From NCBI GenBank assembly GCA_039679675.1, contig JBDKUN010000005.1, positions 1 to 51,482 on the forward strand: a DNA stretch of 51,482 nucleotides, written 5' to 3'. Of this stretch, positions 1-8,825 are shown piece after piece. Source of the DNA: Armatimonadota bacterium (GTDB taxonomy: Bacteria; Armatimonadota; UBA5829; DTLH01). How positions within the stretch are numbered: the stretch's first letter is position 1; each line of letters begins with the position of its first letter. The notes under the pieces are model-generated. The model saw only the letters and a list, made by a program, of their open reading frames with translations, ran no database searches and had not been told where the DNA came from. Made by a program: the position numbers and the translations under genes.

Positions 1-45
1 ATCAATCAACTTGTAAAGGAGCTTTATGATACACTGCATCAGTAA
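1..45 (+). CDS. Possible 3' end of an upstream CDS (INQLVKELYDTLHQ*), truncated by the window edge
   Basis: Open frame from base 1 to TAA at 43-45; too short to identify. Confidence 0.3.
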   Translation: MNQLVKELYDTLHQ

Positions 46-177
46 CACGCAACGGTGCCTCACACGGTACGATTCTTCGTGAGGCAACGACCTGCGCTAT
101 GGTACGATTTTTATGTGAGGCAATACGCATCGCTCAACGTAAATTATTATGTGCCGGAAGGGGTATATGAAATTACT

Positions 178-1158
178 ATGAGTAAACTGGTATTCAGCGG
201 AATCCAGCCGACTGGGCTGGTTCATATCGGCAACTATCTAGGCGCGATCAAGCAATGGGTCGAACTGCAGCACAAACATGAGTCAATTTTTTGCATTGTC
301 GACTATCACGCCATAACAATCCCCTACAACCCGGCGGAAATGCAGAAGAACATCTTCGAAGCAGCCGTCATCAACATCGCAGCCGGACTCGATCCCGCAA
401 AGACGACGATTTTCGTTCAATCACATGTGCCGGAACATACGGAGCTAACCTGGATATTGAACACCATCACTCCAATGGGCCGTCTTTCCCACATGACCCA
501 GTTCAAGGAGAAATCAAGAGTGTTCACGGAAGGAGTGAACGCCGGGCTCTTTAATTACCCGGTGCTTATGGCCGCCGATATCCTGCTTTATAAAGCAACG
601 CTCGTGCCGGTAGGTGAAGACCAAATCCAGCACATCGAGCTCACGCGGGATATTGCCCGGAAGTTCAATGTAATATTCGGAGATACATTCCCGGAGATCG
701 AGCCTCAGTTATCTGCAACTCCACGTGTCATGGCGCTCTCCGATCCGCTGAAAAAGATGAGCAAGAGCATTCCTGACAGTTGCATAGCACTCTCTGACCC
801 TCCTGAGAAGATCAGAAGGCTGATAATGAGAGCTGTAACGGATGCCGGGCCTGAACCGGGCGCACCAATCGGGCCGGGGATAGCAAACCTCTTCATGCTT
901 ATGCGGGAATTCTCGCCGCAGGATACTTACAGGGACTTTATGGACCGTTACGAAGCGGGAACAATCCGGTATTCAGAGATGAAAGCAGTGCTTGCCGAAG
1001 ATATAGTCCGTGAACTTGCCCCAATAAGAGAAGCTCACGATGAACTTGTATCAAAGCCCGATTATATCTTTGATATTCTCCAAACCGGCGCAAACAAGGC
1101 AAAAGCCATCGCTGCAAGAACGATGGCTGAAGTAAAACTGCGTATGGGACTTATATAA
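178..1158 (+). CDS. trpS: Tryptophan--tRNA ligase
   Basis: FSGIQPTG-VHIGNY (HIGH-type), YPVLMAADILLY, VPVGEDQ and KMSKS motifs; start moved to ATG 178 (MSKLVFSG). Confidence 0.97.
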   Translation: MSKLVFSGIQPTGLVHIGNYLGAIKQWVELQHKHESIFCIVDYHAITIPYNPAEMQKNIFEAAVINIAAGLDPAKTTIFVQSHVPEHTELTWILNTITPMGRLSHMTQFKEKSRVFTEGVNAGLFNYPVLMAADILLYKATLVPVGEDQIQHIELTRDIARKFNVIFGDTFPEIEPQLSATPRVMALSDPLKKMSKSIPDSCIALSDPPEKIRRLIMRAVTDAGPEPGAPIGPGIANLFMLMREFSPQDTYRDFMDRYEAGTIRYSEMKAVLAEDIVRELAPIREAHDELVSKPDYIFDILQTGANKAKAIAARTMAEVKLRMGLI

Positions 1159-1191
1159 ATGGAGGTTTGGCGTTGGTATCTATTCCCTACC

Positions 1192-1449
1192 CTACATACT
1201 TACCTTTTCCCCGTGCTCATGCTGCTCGTGGTGCTCGGACCTCAACCGGTCTTCTATTTTGAACGCAATTCTTGTTTCCGCGTTCCACTCTATGATCTTT
1301 CCATCCTGTACAACAGCGCTCAGGTTGGTTACATCTATCGATTCGATGTTCTTTATAGTCTTGTTCGCATCATCGAGAGCTGCCTGAACAGCATTCTCCC
1401 AGCTTTCTTCCGAAGTGCCGACAAGTTCGATCATCTTGACTACGGACAT
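1192..1449 (-). CDS. Dodecin-family protein with His/Glu-rich tail
   Basis: MSVVKMIELVGTSEESWENAVQAAL...RIAFKIE is dodecin-like; GGAGG RBS before ATG 1449. Confidence 0.85.
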   Translation of the reverse strand: MSVVKMIELVGTSEESWENAVQAALDDANKTIKNIESIDVTNLSAVVQDGKIIEWNAETRIAFKIEDRLRSEHHEQHEHGEKVSM

Positions 1450-1492
1450 TTTGGCGCCTCCTGTCACAAGTATAGCATTATACCGAAAAAGT

Positions 1493-1518
1493 CTACCCTT
1501 GTGGACGAAGCGTAAAAC
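1493..1518 (-). promoter_or_regulatory. Candidate SigB/SigF-type promoter GTTT-N16-GGGTAG for the dodecin gene
   Basis: Motif lies 44 nt upstream of the start; identical spacing recurs at three other loci. Confidence 0.55.
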
Positions 1519-1587
1519 GAATAGCCGTAGATATGAATATGGCCCGACCGAATGCCGGGCCATATAAAGCATCAATTATAAAGGAAG

Positions 1588-2061
1588 TTATGCGACGGAT
1601 ATTATCTCATATGTAAAAACACCGCCGGGAGAATGTACCGGCACATGGTCTCCCGCTTTTTTCCCAATCAGCGCACTTCCCATACAAGACTCGTAAGATA
1701 TTTTACCGTCTGTCGGATTAGCTTCGGCGGGTCCCACAATTCTATACTCTTCTTCAAATCCATCATCCAGATCACGGACTTTTATGTTAGAGCCGATGCC
1801 TATGCAGCCATCCTGATTAGTGGAATCGACCACTGTAGCCGAGTTTATAATCGCTTCCAGTTCCCTGACGCGGGCTTCGAGCATCCCCTGGACCTGTTTG
1901 GCATCCTGGTAATCAAAGTTCTCACTAAGATCGCCGAGCAACCTCGCCTCACGTATTCTATCTACCACCGCAGGCCTCTTTACTGTTATGATCTCATTAA
2001 GTTCCTTTTTGATCTCATCATAACCCTGCCGTGTGAGGACTAATTTATCTGATTGTTCCAC
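1588..2061 (-). CDS. greA: Transcription elongation factor GreA
   Basis: LTRQGY..KKEL, EARLLGDLSENFDY, YRIVGPAEANP..GKISYES.MG.AL. Confidence 0.95.
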   Translation of the reverse strand: MEQSDKLVLTRQGYDEIKKELNEIITVKRPAVVDRIREARLLGDLSENFDYQDAKQVQGMLEARVRELEAIINSATVVDSTNQDGCIGIGSNIKVRDLDDGFEEEYRIVGPAEANPTDGKISYESCMGSALIGKKAGDHVPVHSPGGVFTYEIISVA

Positions 2062-2100
2062 TGAACCATTATCTCCTACTCAACAAGCGATAACCCATTC

Positions 2101-2136
2101 AAACAATAACTCACCCACATATTATGGCGGGTGAGT
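2101..2136 (-). terminator. Intrinsic terminator-like hairpin upstream of greA
   Basis: ACTCACCC/GGGTGAGT stem followed on the minus strand by TATTGTTT; TGcTACAAT extended -10 at 2143-2151. Confidence 0.5.
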
Positions 2137-2226
2137 CTAGTTATTGTAGCATGAATTTTTGCAAAAAATAAACCATGCTGGCATTGAAATAGCAAATAGC
2201 TGTCAGCCTTCAGCTTTCAGCAGGGA

Positions 2227-2267
2227 GTATTTTTGCTTCGGACTGCTTGCTGCCGAAGCCGCAATAC
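2227..2267. repeat. REP-like hairpin GTATT-TTT-GCTTCGG...CCGAAGC-CGC-AATAC containing direct repeat copy 1 (2244-2259)
   Basis: TGCTTGCTGCCGAAGC also occurs at 3459-3474; the GCTTCGG/CCGAAGC stem also occurs at 16549-16603 and 16629-16655. Confidence 0.65.
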
Positions 2268-2285
2268 ATACCTCTAATTAAGATA

Positions 2286-3410
2286 CTATTCATAAAATGG
2301 ATAAACTTCTATATAAGTTCTAATCTCACGTATAGAATCAATTTCAGATGTTTCATTTTTCTCTTCCAAAAATATGATCCAATTATCCAGGCGATTCATA
2401 ATCCAAATGTCTTGTTTCTTTGAAGTCCAAGCTACTTGGCCTTTGATTATCTCTTTAGCGCGTTTCCTTCGTTCATCAGATTTATCAGATATTATTGTTT
2501 TTACAAGTGGATCAATATAGTTGCTTATTTCTTTCTTTTTTAGCAATGGCGCTAATCCATCTAATAATGCAAGATTCACATTGTTAGGTTTATTAGCGAA
2601 ACGGGATAATATGTGTTGTTTTGCAATTTGCTGGTTTTCTCCCTCCAAACAACTGATGTCATCCCCATAAACAAATGCGTCCTCATACTCTTTAACGTAG
2701 TCTCCACTTTCTTCCATTATAATCCTGACGTACTCCATTGCCACCTTTAGCTTAGTATTATCTCCTGCGAGATCGAAAGCACTCCTAAAGGTTTCCTTTA
2801 CTGCGTTTAGAGTTGCGGTAATTGACCAAAATTCATCGTCATCTACGAAAGCATCAGAATAAGTAATTTCCATAAAGCGCTTTGGCAATGTTTTTAATAG
2901 TAACCGTTCAGTTTCATTTTCCTCTTTTAGCAAATGAGCAATTATTGATATAGCACTTGGATCTTTTTCTATCTTAGCTAGAACTTGCTCTGCAGTATAA
3001 CCATGTCTTTCTTGTCTCTTTACCGATGTATCGTTTGCTACCATTTGAACTAACGCTTTTGCAACTACGGCACTGTTTTCATCTACTTTCTCTCCCAATC
3101 TTATTTGGCGTCCAGGATGAACTAAGTTACGATATTCTCTAATAGCGTCTGCAATAGCAGCAGTTTTACGAGACAGTGCGTTCTCTTTTCGGCAAGCATC
3201 TATGGCCTCGCCTAATGTCATTTCTAATGGATTTTTCTTTGCGTAACCAATATCTACTAAATAATCCACTAAAATAGCTTCAACAATACTACCAGCAATT
3301 ACCAGCGCGGCTTTGTAAGCGCCGTTATTCTCTGCTATTTCAAGCTCTATGAAATCAGATTCGAGACATTCACGGAAATCATCACCTCTAATATAATCAA
3401 ACAATCCCAT
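2286..3410 (-). CDS. Hypothetical protein with N-terminal HEPN-like (DUF4145/Abi-like) domain
   Basis: AALVIAGSIVEAIL...TLGEAID...IREYRNLVHPG resembles a HEPN Rx4-6H motif; visibly AT-rich relative to neighbours. Confidence 0.6.
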   Translation of the reverse strand: MGLFDYIRGDDFRECLESDFIELEIAENNGAYKAALVIAGSIVEAILVDYLVDIGYAKKNPLEMTLGEAIDACRKENALSRKTAAIADAIREYRNLVHPGRQIRLGEKVDENSAVVAKALVQMVANDTSVKRQERHGYTAEQVLAKIEKDPSAISIIAHLLKEENETERLLLKTLPKRFMEITYSDAFVDDDEFWSITATLNAVKETFRSAFDLAGDNTKLKVAMEYVRIIMEESGDYVKEYEDAFVYGDDISCLEGENQQIAKQHILSRFANKPNNVNLALLDGLAPLLKKKEISNYIDPLVKTIISDKSDERRKRAKEIIKGQVAWTSKKQDIWIMNRLDNWIIFLEEKNETSEIDSIREIRTYIEVYPFYE

Positions 3411-3458
3411 GGGTTATACCTTCTCTTCAGATTATGTCCACTAATACTACTCTAGGCT

Positions 3459-3474
3459 TGCTTGCTGCCGAAGC
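3459..3474. repeat. Direct repeat copy 2 (TGCTTGCTGCCGAAGC)
   Basis: 16-bp exact match to 2244-2259. Confidence 0.75.
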
Positions 3475-3555
3475 TGCGGCCGAAGGTCGCGAGATTCAAT
3501 CACGTATTACCGACTAATTCGACACGTGAACGCCACAATCCTCTGAAAGATGAAT

Positions 3556-3591
3556 AAAGCCCCCGTCAGATCACTCCAACGGGGGCTTTTT
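3556..3591. terminator. Intrinsic terminator downstream of ppdK
   Basis: AAAGCCCCCGT/ACGGGGGCTTT stem with A and T tracts on either side. Confidence 0.75.
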
Positions 3592-3637
3592 ACTGATTGC
3601 TGACTACTGAAAGCGGTCAGCTATTCACTTATCTATC

Positions 3638-6304
3638 TTAGGCTTTGCTGTTCTTCTCCTCGATAACAGCCTGGGCGGCTGCAAGTCGGGCGACAGGGAT
3701 TCGGCGAGGCGAGCAGCTGACGTAGTTCAGGCCGATTCTATGGCAGAACTTAACGCTGTCCGGCTCTCCACCGTGCTCACCGCAGATTCCGAGCTTGATC
3801 TTCGGGTTGACTGCCTTCGCGTCTTCTACGCAGATCTTCATCAACCGGCCAATACCCTTCTGGTCGATTGTCTCTGTCGGGTCTGTTTTGAAGATACCCT
3901 TCTCGATGTAAAGCGGCAAGAACTTACCCGCATCGTCACGAGAAATACCGTAGCCCATCTGGGTAAGGTCGTTAGTTCCGAAGCTGAAGAACTGGGCATG
4001 CTGTGCGATCTCGTCTGCTGTCAGTGCAGCGCGCGGGATCTCGATCATGGTGCCGAACATATAGTCGATTTCACAGCCTTCGGCCGCCATCGTCTTCTTC
4101 GCAACGTCTTCAAGCTGTGCCTTAAGGTAGGTCAGCTCGTTTACGGTGCCGACGAGTGGGATCATGATCTCTGGATGAACGTCCATACCGGACTTCTTCA
4201 CCTCACAGGCTGCGCCGATGATGGCAGCAACCTGCATATTAACGATCCCAGGGAAGTAGATCGAAAGTCTGCATCCGCGAAGTCCAAGCATCGGGTTTGC
4301 TTCGTGCATATCCTGGACCTTCTTGAGCAGGTCTTCCTTCTCTGCAAGCGCAGGATCATTCGGGTTCTTGCAGCGCATCTCTGTGACTTCCACAAGAAGC
4401 TCATTGAGCGGCGGAAGGAACTCATGAAGCGGCGGGTCGATAAGTCTTACTGTGACAGGCCGTCCACCCATCGCCTTGAAGATTCCGACAAAGTCTCCGC
4501 GCTGGAGCGGAAGAAGTTTTGCGATTGCTTTCTCCCGGATCTCTTCGTTGTCGGCAAGGATCATATCCCTTACGAATGGGACGCGCTCTGAACCGAGGAA
4601 CATGTGCTCTGTGCGGCAGAGTCCAATACCTTCAGCTCCAAGCTTTACAGCGTCCGCTGCATGCTCAGGATTGTCAGCATTTGCGTAGACTTTGAGCTTG
4701 CGGATTTCGTCAGCCCATCCCATGAATGTGCCGAAGTCGCCGGTAACGGATGCTGGCTCGGTCTCAAGCTTCGCATTGAAGACTTCACCAGTCGTTCCGT
4801 TGATCGTGATAATGTCGCCTTCCTTGATGACGGTGCCGTCAACCGTGAACTGCTTGGCATCTTCGTCGATTTTCACAGCACCGCAGCCGCAAACGGTCGG
4901 AATACCATACTGGCGGGCGATTAGTGCTGCGTGGCTGGTGCGTCCACCGAGCTGGGTGAGAACACCGGCTGCTGCGAGCATTCCGCCGAGGTCGTCAGGG
5001 TTTGTCTCTTTGCGGACAAGGATGACATTCTTGCTTGTCTCCGCCATCTTGATGGCTGACTTGGAATCGAATGCAACATGTCCCCACGCGCCGCCAGGTC
5101 CTGCGTTCAGGCCCTTGGCTAACGGCTTCATGGCTCCGACATTCTTGATTCTCGGATTGAGAAGCTGTTCGAGCGCCTCAGGGGCTACTCTTACAAGAGC
5201 TTCTTCTTTGGTAATTCTATTCTCGCCGACCATATCGACAGCGATCTTTACAGCGGCGGCGCCGGTTCTCTTACCATTGCGGCACTGAAGAATGAAGAGT
5301 CTTCCCTTCTCGATTGTGAACTCTATGTCCTGCATCTCACGATAATGGTCTTCCAGCTTGTGCGCTATCTCTGAGAACTGGCCAAAGATTGCAGGGAACT
5401 CGTTTGCAAGCTGATCGATAGGCTCAGGGGTCCTTACACCGGCTACGACGTCTTCACCCTGTGCATTCTTCAGGAATTCACCGAAGAGCTTGTTCTCACC
5501 TGTCGCAGGGTTGCGTGTAAATGCAACACCGGTGCCGCAGTCGTCACCCATGTTACCGAAGACCATCGTCTGAACGTTGACGGCTGTTCCGAGGTCATGG
5601 GAAATCTTCTCGCGGTTCCTGTAGATGATAGCTCTTTCGTTGTTCCAGCTTTTGAAGACGGCGATGATAGCAAGTTTGAGCTGCTCCATCGGGTCTGTCG
5701 GGAAGTCATTGCCGGTAACTTCTTTGAAGTAAACTTTATACTTGGCTACAAGCTCTTTCAGCCCCTCTGCATCGACTTCCGTATCGACCTTAGCGCCCTT
5801 CTCAGCCTTGAGAACATCGAAGATATCTTCGAAATGATGCTTTGCAAGCTTGGAATAGTCACTTGAAAGAACGATGTCGGAGAACATCATAAGGAAGCGG
5901 CGGTAGGCATCGTAAGCGAACCTCTCGTTTCCGGTTGCAGCGATGATACCCTTCAGGGTATCATCGTTCAAGCCCAGGTTGAGGACTGTGTCCATCATAC
6001 CAGGCATGGAGAACTTTGCGCCCGATCTTACGGAAACAAGAAGCGGGTTCTTCGAATCGCCGAGCTTCTTGCCCATATCTTTTTCCACGTCCGCAAGGGC
6101 CTTGAGAACATCTTCCCACAGTCCATCCGGAAGTTTTCCGAGCTTAGTATATTCATTACAAGTCTCTGTAGTGATAGTGAACCCCGGCGGTACAGGAAGA
6201 CCGATGTTGGTCATCTCCGCCAGGTTAGCGCCTTTGCCACCGAGCAGGTCGCGCATGGTCGCGTTGCCTTCTCTAAACAGGTAGACGCGCTTTTTGTTCG
6301 TCAT
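3638..6304 (-). CDS. ppdK: Pyruvate, phosphate dikinase
   Basis: LLGGKGANLAEM, SVRSGA..SMPGMMDTVLNLG, GGRTSHAA (phospho-His), GIGLCRTEHMF, SFGTNDLTQ, GICGEHGG. Confidence 0.98.
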   Translation of the reverse strand: MTNKKRVYLFREGNATMRDLLGGKGANLAEMTNIGLPVPPGFTITTETCNEYTKLGKLPDGLWEDVLKALADVEKDMGKKLGDSKNPLLVSVRSGAKFSMPGMMDTVLNLGLNDDTLKGIIAATGNERFAYDAYRRFLMMFSDIVLSSDYSKLAKHHFEDIFDVLKAEKGAKVDTEVDAEGLKELVAKYKVYFKEVTGNDFPTDPMEQLKLAIIAVFKSWNNERAIIYRNREKISHDLGTAVNVQTMVFGNMGDDCGTGVAFTRNPATGENKLFGEFLKNAQGEDVVAGVRTPEPIDQLANEFPAIFGQFSEIAHKLEDHYREMQDIEFTIEKGRLFILQCRNGKRTGAAAVKIAVDMVGENRITKEEALVRVAPEALEQLLNPRIKNVGAMKPLAKGLNAGPGGAWGHVAFDSKSAIKMAETSKNVILVRKETNPDDLGGMLAAAGVLTQLGGRTSHAALIARQYGIPTVCGCGAVKIDEDAKQFTVDGTVIKEGDIITINGTTGEVFNAKLETEPASVTGDFGTFMGWADEIRKLKVYANADNPEHAADAVKLGAEGIGLCRTEHMFLGSERVPFVRDMILADNEEIREKAIAKLLPLQRGDFVGIFKAMGGRPVTVRLIDPPLHEFLPPLNELLVEVTEMRCKNPNDPALAEKEDLLKKVQDMHEANPMLGLRGCRLSIYFPGIVNMQVAAIIGAACEVKKSGMDVHPEIMIPLVGTVNELTYLKAQLEDVAKKTMAAEGCEIDYMFGTMIEIPRAALTADEIAQHAQFFSFGTNDLTQMGYGISRDDAGKFLPLYIEKGIFKTDPTETIDQKGIGRLMKICVEDAKAVNPKIKLGICGEHGGEPDSVKFCHRIGLNYVSCSPRRIPVARLAAAQAVIEEKNSKA

Positions 6305-6505
6305 TCAGATTTTCCTCCTGCGTTGTCTTACCATTCGGTACCAAATTCTGTAATTCAACGTCCGATACGAATATTCCTCCTTGGTACACAAAAATGTGTT
6401 TACCGAATTCGAACAATACCTCAAACTGCTCTGAATTATGCTGTTCATTGGGTAACATCATACTAAAATTTGTTGTTTACCTCTCTGGGAGGAGGGATTG
6501 AATTG

Positions 6506-7615
6506 ATGCTGCGTAATGTTTCCAGCGGCGCGAACTTTTGGGTCATGCTTTTGACTATGTTTTTTGCCGGCCTGCTGCTGGGTTCTTCTACAGTTGATGT
6601 ATCCACACAGACTATAAAGCCAAGCGTCCCAGCAGGAACAGGTGCAGGCGGTGCTCCACTGCTGCTCGACAGCGAGCGGGCAGTCGTCGATTTAGCGCGG
6701 AATGTGGGTCCGGCTGTAGTCGCTATCAGTACAGGTTCTGACGAAGACAGCTCAGTCGGTTCCGGCGTGATCGTCCGGCCTGAGGGATATATACTGACGA
6801 ACAACCATGTAATCGAGGGCGGAAAGAAAGTGATTGTCACACTCGCAAGCGGCAAGCAAATTCAGGCAACACGCCTTGGAGGTGACCCAAGAGTCGATCT
6901 CGCAGTGCTGAAAGTGAATGCTGGGCAGCTTCCTACAGCCCCTATTGGTGATTCCGACACGCTTCAGGTAGGCCAGATAGCCGTGGCGATAGGTAATCCA
7001 TACGGATTTGAGCGTACAGTCACCGTAGGCGTCGTCAGCGCATTGAACAGGAGTATACCTGGCGGAGGATCTGCGCTCTCTAACCTTATCCAGACAGATG
7101 CCGAGATCAACCCGGGCAATTCCGGCGGTCCGCTTCTGGATGCCCGTGGGAATGTCATCGGGATCAATACGGCATTGATCACCGGCGGTGGCGGCGGACT
7201 CGGATTTGCAGTACCTATCAACACAGCGCAGGAAGTTATACAAGATGTACTGGAGTATGGAAGAGTGATAGTCCCCTGGATCGGAATATCCTACGGCGAT
7301 GTTACACAGGAGACCTCAAAGGCCTTCGGTATATCTACAAACAAGGGCGTAATAGTCGCGGATGTCTCGCCAAACAGCCCTGCATCAAAAGCAGGGCTCA
7401 AGCGCGGAGATATAATCGTTCAATCAAACGGCACCACAATCGAGGACAGCGGCGACCTGCAAAAACAACTGCGCGGAAAGCATGTGGGAGATATATTAAA
7501 GTTGACTATTGTACGAGACGGCAAACGGCAGACTGTCGATGTCAAACTACAGGAGATGCCGAGTTCTCTCCAGTCAAAAGAAACGCCGTGCCCAGCAGGA
7601 ACACCCTGCGGATGA
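6506..7615 (+). CDS. htrA: HtrA/DegP-like trypsin serine protease with PDZ domain
   Basis: TNNHV, DLAVLK, INPGNSGGPL triad; C-terminal PDZ (SPASKAGLKRGDII); N-terminal hydrophobic segment; GGAGG RBS. Confidence 0.9.
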   Translation: MLRNVSSGANFWVMLLTMFFAGLLLGSSTVDVSTQTIKPSVPAGTGAGGAPLLLDSERAVVDLARNVGPAVVAISTGSDEDSSVGSGVIVRPEGYILTNNHVIEGGKKVIVTLASGKQIQATRLGGDPRVDLAVLKVNAGQLPTAPIGDSDTLQVGQIAVAIGNPYGFERTVTVGVVSALNRSIPGGGSALSNLIQTDAEINPGNSGGPLLDARGNVIGINTALITGGGGGLGFAVPINTAQEVIQDVLEYGRVIVPWIGISYGDVTQETSKAFGISTNKGVIVADVSPNSPASKAGLKRGDIIVQSNGTTIEDSGDLQKQLRGKHVGDILKLTIVRDGKRQTVDVKLQEMPSSLQSKETPCPAGTPCG

Positions 7616-7639
7616 CATTAAATTGAGCAAAACAGCTAC

Positions 7640-7683
7640 AGAAAGGATCGATGGCATCGAAAGTCATCGATCCTTTCTATTTT
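7640..7683 (+). terminator. Hairpin/terminator after htrA
   Basis: AGAAAGGATCGATG/CATCGATCCTTTCT stem then ATTTT. Confidence 0.65.
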
Positions 7684-7769
7684 ATCGACAGTACAGCAGG
7701 AATTTCTTGTTTCTGCCAGTAAGAATACCACATATATGTCATTCTGCTATAAATTGGAGCAATGCTAAC

Positions 7770-8822
7770 GTGATTGTGATCGATGGAAGCTACGGCGAAG
7801 GTGGAGGCCAGATAGTTCGCACCAGTCTTACTCTATCAGCAATATTGAAACAGCCTATAAGAATTGAAAATATCCGTGCAGGCAGGAAAAAACCTGGGCT
7901 TCAGCCACAGCATCTCACTGCCGCACAATCTATATCGAGCATCTGTAACGGCAGGCTTACAGGAGACAAAATCGGCTCGCAGACACTCGAATTTTGTCCG
8001 GGAAATGTGAAACCGGGAAAATATACATTCGATGTCTCAAAGATAAAGTCCTCGGCTGGTTCAGTCAATCTGATATTCCAGACATTGCTTCTGCCGCTTG
8101 CCTTTGCGAAGAAGCCATCGACAGTCACAATTCGTGGAGGAACCCACGTTCCATGGAGCCCTTCGTCCAATTATATTTCTGAGGTCTACCTTCCTACACT
8201 TGCGCGAATGGGGCTTCTGGTGTCGTATCGGTTAAAACGAGCGGGCTATTATCCGATAGGAGGAGGAGAGATCGAGGCAGAAATACGTCCGGTCGATCAT
8301 CTGCAGCCGATTGATCTCTCTAAAAGAAAACCCGGCGCTGTTACCTGCTGCTCGGCTGTTTCCAACCTGTCGAGGTCGATTGCCGACAGGCAGATGGCTG
8401 AAATGTCATCCCGGCTGAAATTGATCAATATAGAACCAGATGAAGTAATTGAAGAGTATGACTCACCCGGCAGAGGAACATTCTCGTTCATTTTATTCGA
8501 TGGCGGTGATATGAAAGCAGGTTTCACATCACTCGGTGAGATAAGAAAATCGTCGGAAGATGTCGCCAAAGATGCATGCGACAAGTTTACCCAATGGTGG
8601 AAATCCGGAATGGCACTGGACAAGCACCTGGCTGACCAGATGATCGTTCCAATGGCCCTTGCTGATGGTGAATCATTGCTTGCAACGGAAGAGAATACTC
8701 TTCATCTGAGAACAAATATATGGACTGTCGGTCACTTTTTGAAGACGAAGTTCGACATTCAGGGAAACCCTGGAGAACCGTCAACCATAAGAGTGATCGG
8801 AAATACGAAAATGGGAGATTAG
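7770..8822 (+). CDS. rtcA: RNA 3'-terminal phosphate cyclase
   Basis: IDGSYGEGGGQIVRTSL, IRAGR..PGL..QH, GGTHV, GYYP.GGG, LDKHLADQ; GTG start at 7770 after GGAG. Confidence 0.93.
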   Translation: MIVIDGSYGEGGGQIVRTSLTLSAILKQPIRIENIRAGRKKPGLQPQHLTAAQSISSICNGRLTGDKIGSQTLEFCPGNVKPGKYTFDVSKIKSSAGSVNLIFQTLLLPLAFAKKPSTVTIRGGTHVPWSPSSNYISEVYLPTLARMGLLVSYRLKRAGYYPIGGGEIEAEIRPVDHLQPIDLSKRKPGAVTCCSAVSNLSRSIADRQMAEMSSRLKLINIEPDEVIEEYDSPGRGTFSFILFDGGDMKAGFTSLGEIRKSSEDVAKDACDKFTQWWKSGMALDKHLADQMIVPMALADGESLLATEENTLHLRTNIWTVGHFLKTKFDIQGNPGEPSTIRVIGNTKMGD

Positions 8823-8825
8823 CCA

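Noticed and set aside
55..177. N-terminal extension of TrpS in the ORF track (also for dodecin, RtcA, GroEL and the SEC-C protein)
   Set aside because: Family homology begins at downstream starts, most with a visible RBS
46..177. T-box riboswitch upstream of trpS
   Set aside because: No GGTGGNACC T-box sequence or terminator, and too little room for stem I
3740..6284. Long plus-strand ORFs inside ppdK, and similar ones inside groEL, larC, the sulfatases, sulP and rqlH
   Set aside because: Antisense or alternate-frame shadows of well-supported genes with no recognisable motifs
6628..7604. 13-bp direct repeat CCCAGCAGGAACA near both ends of htrA
   Set aside because: Both copies are in-frame PAGT codons in linker regions; no other sign of mobility
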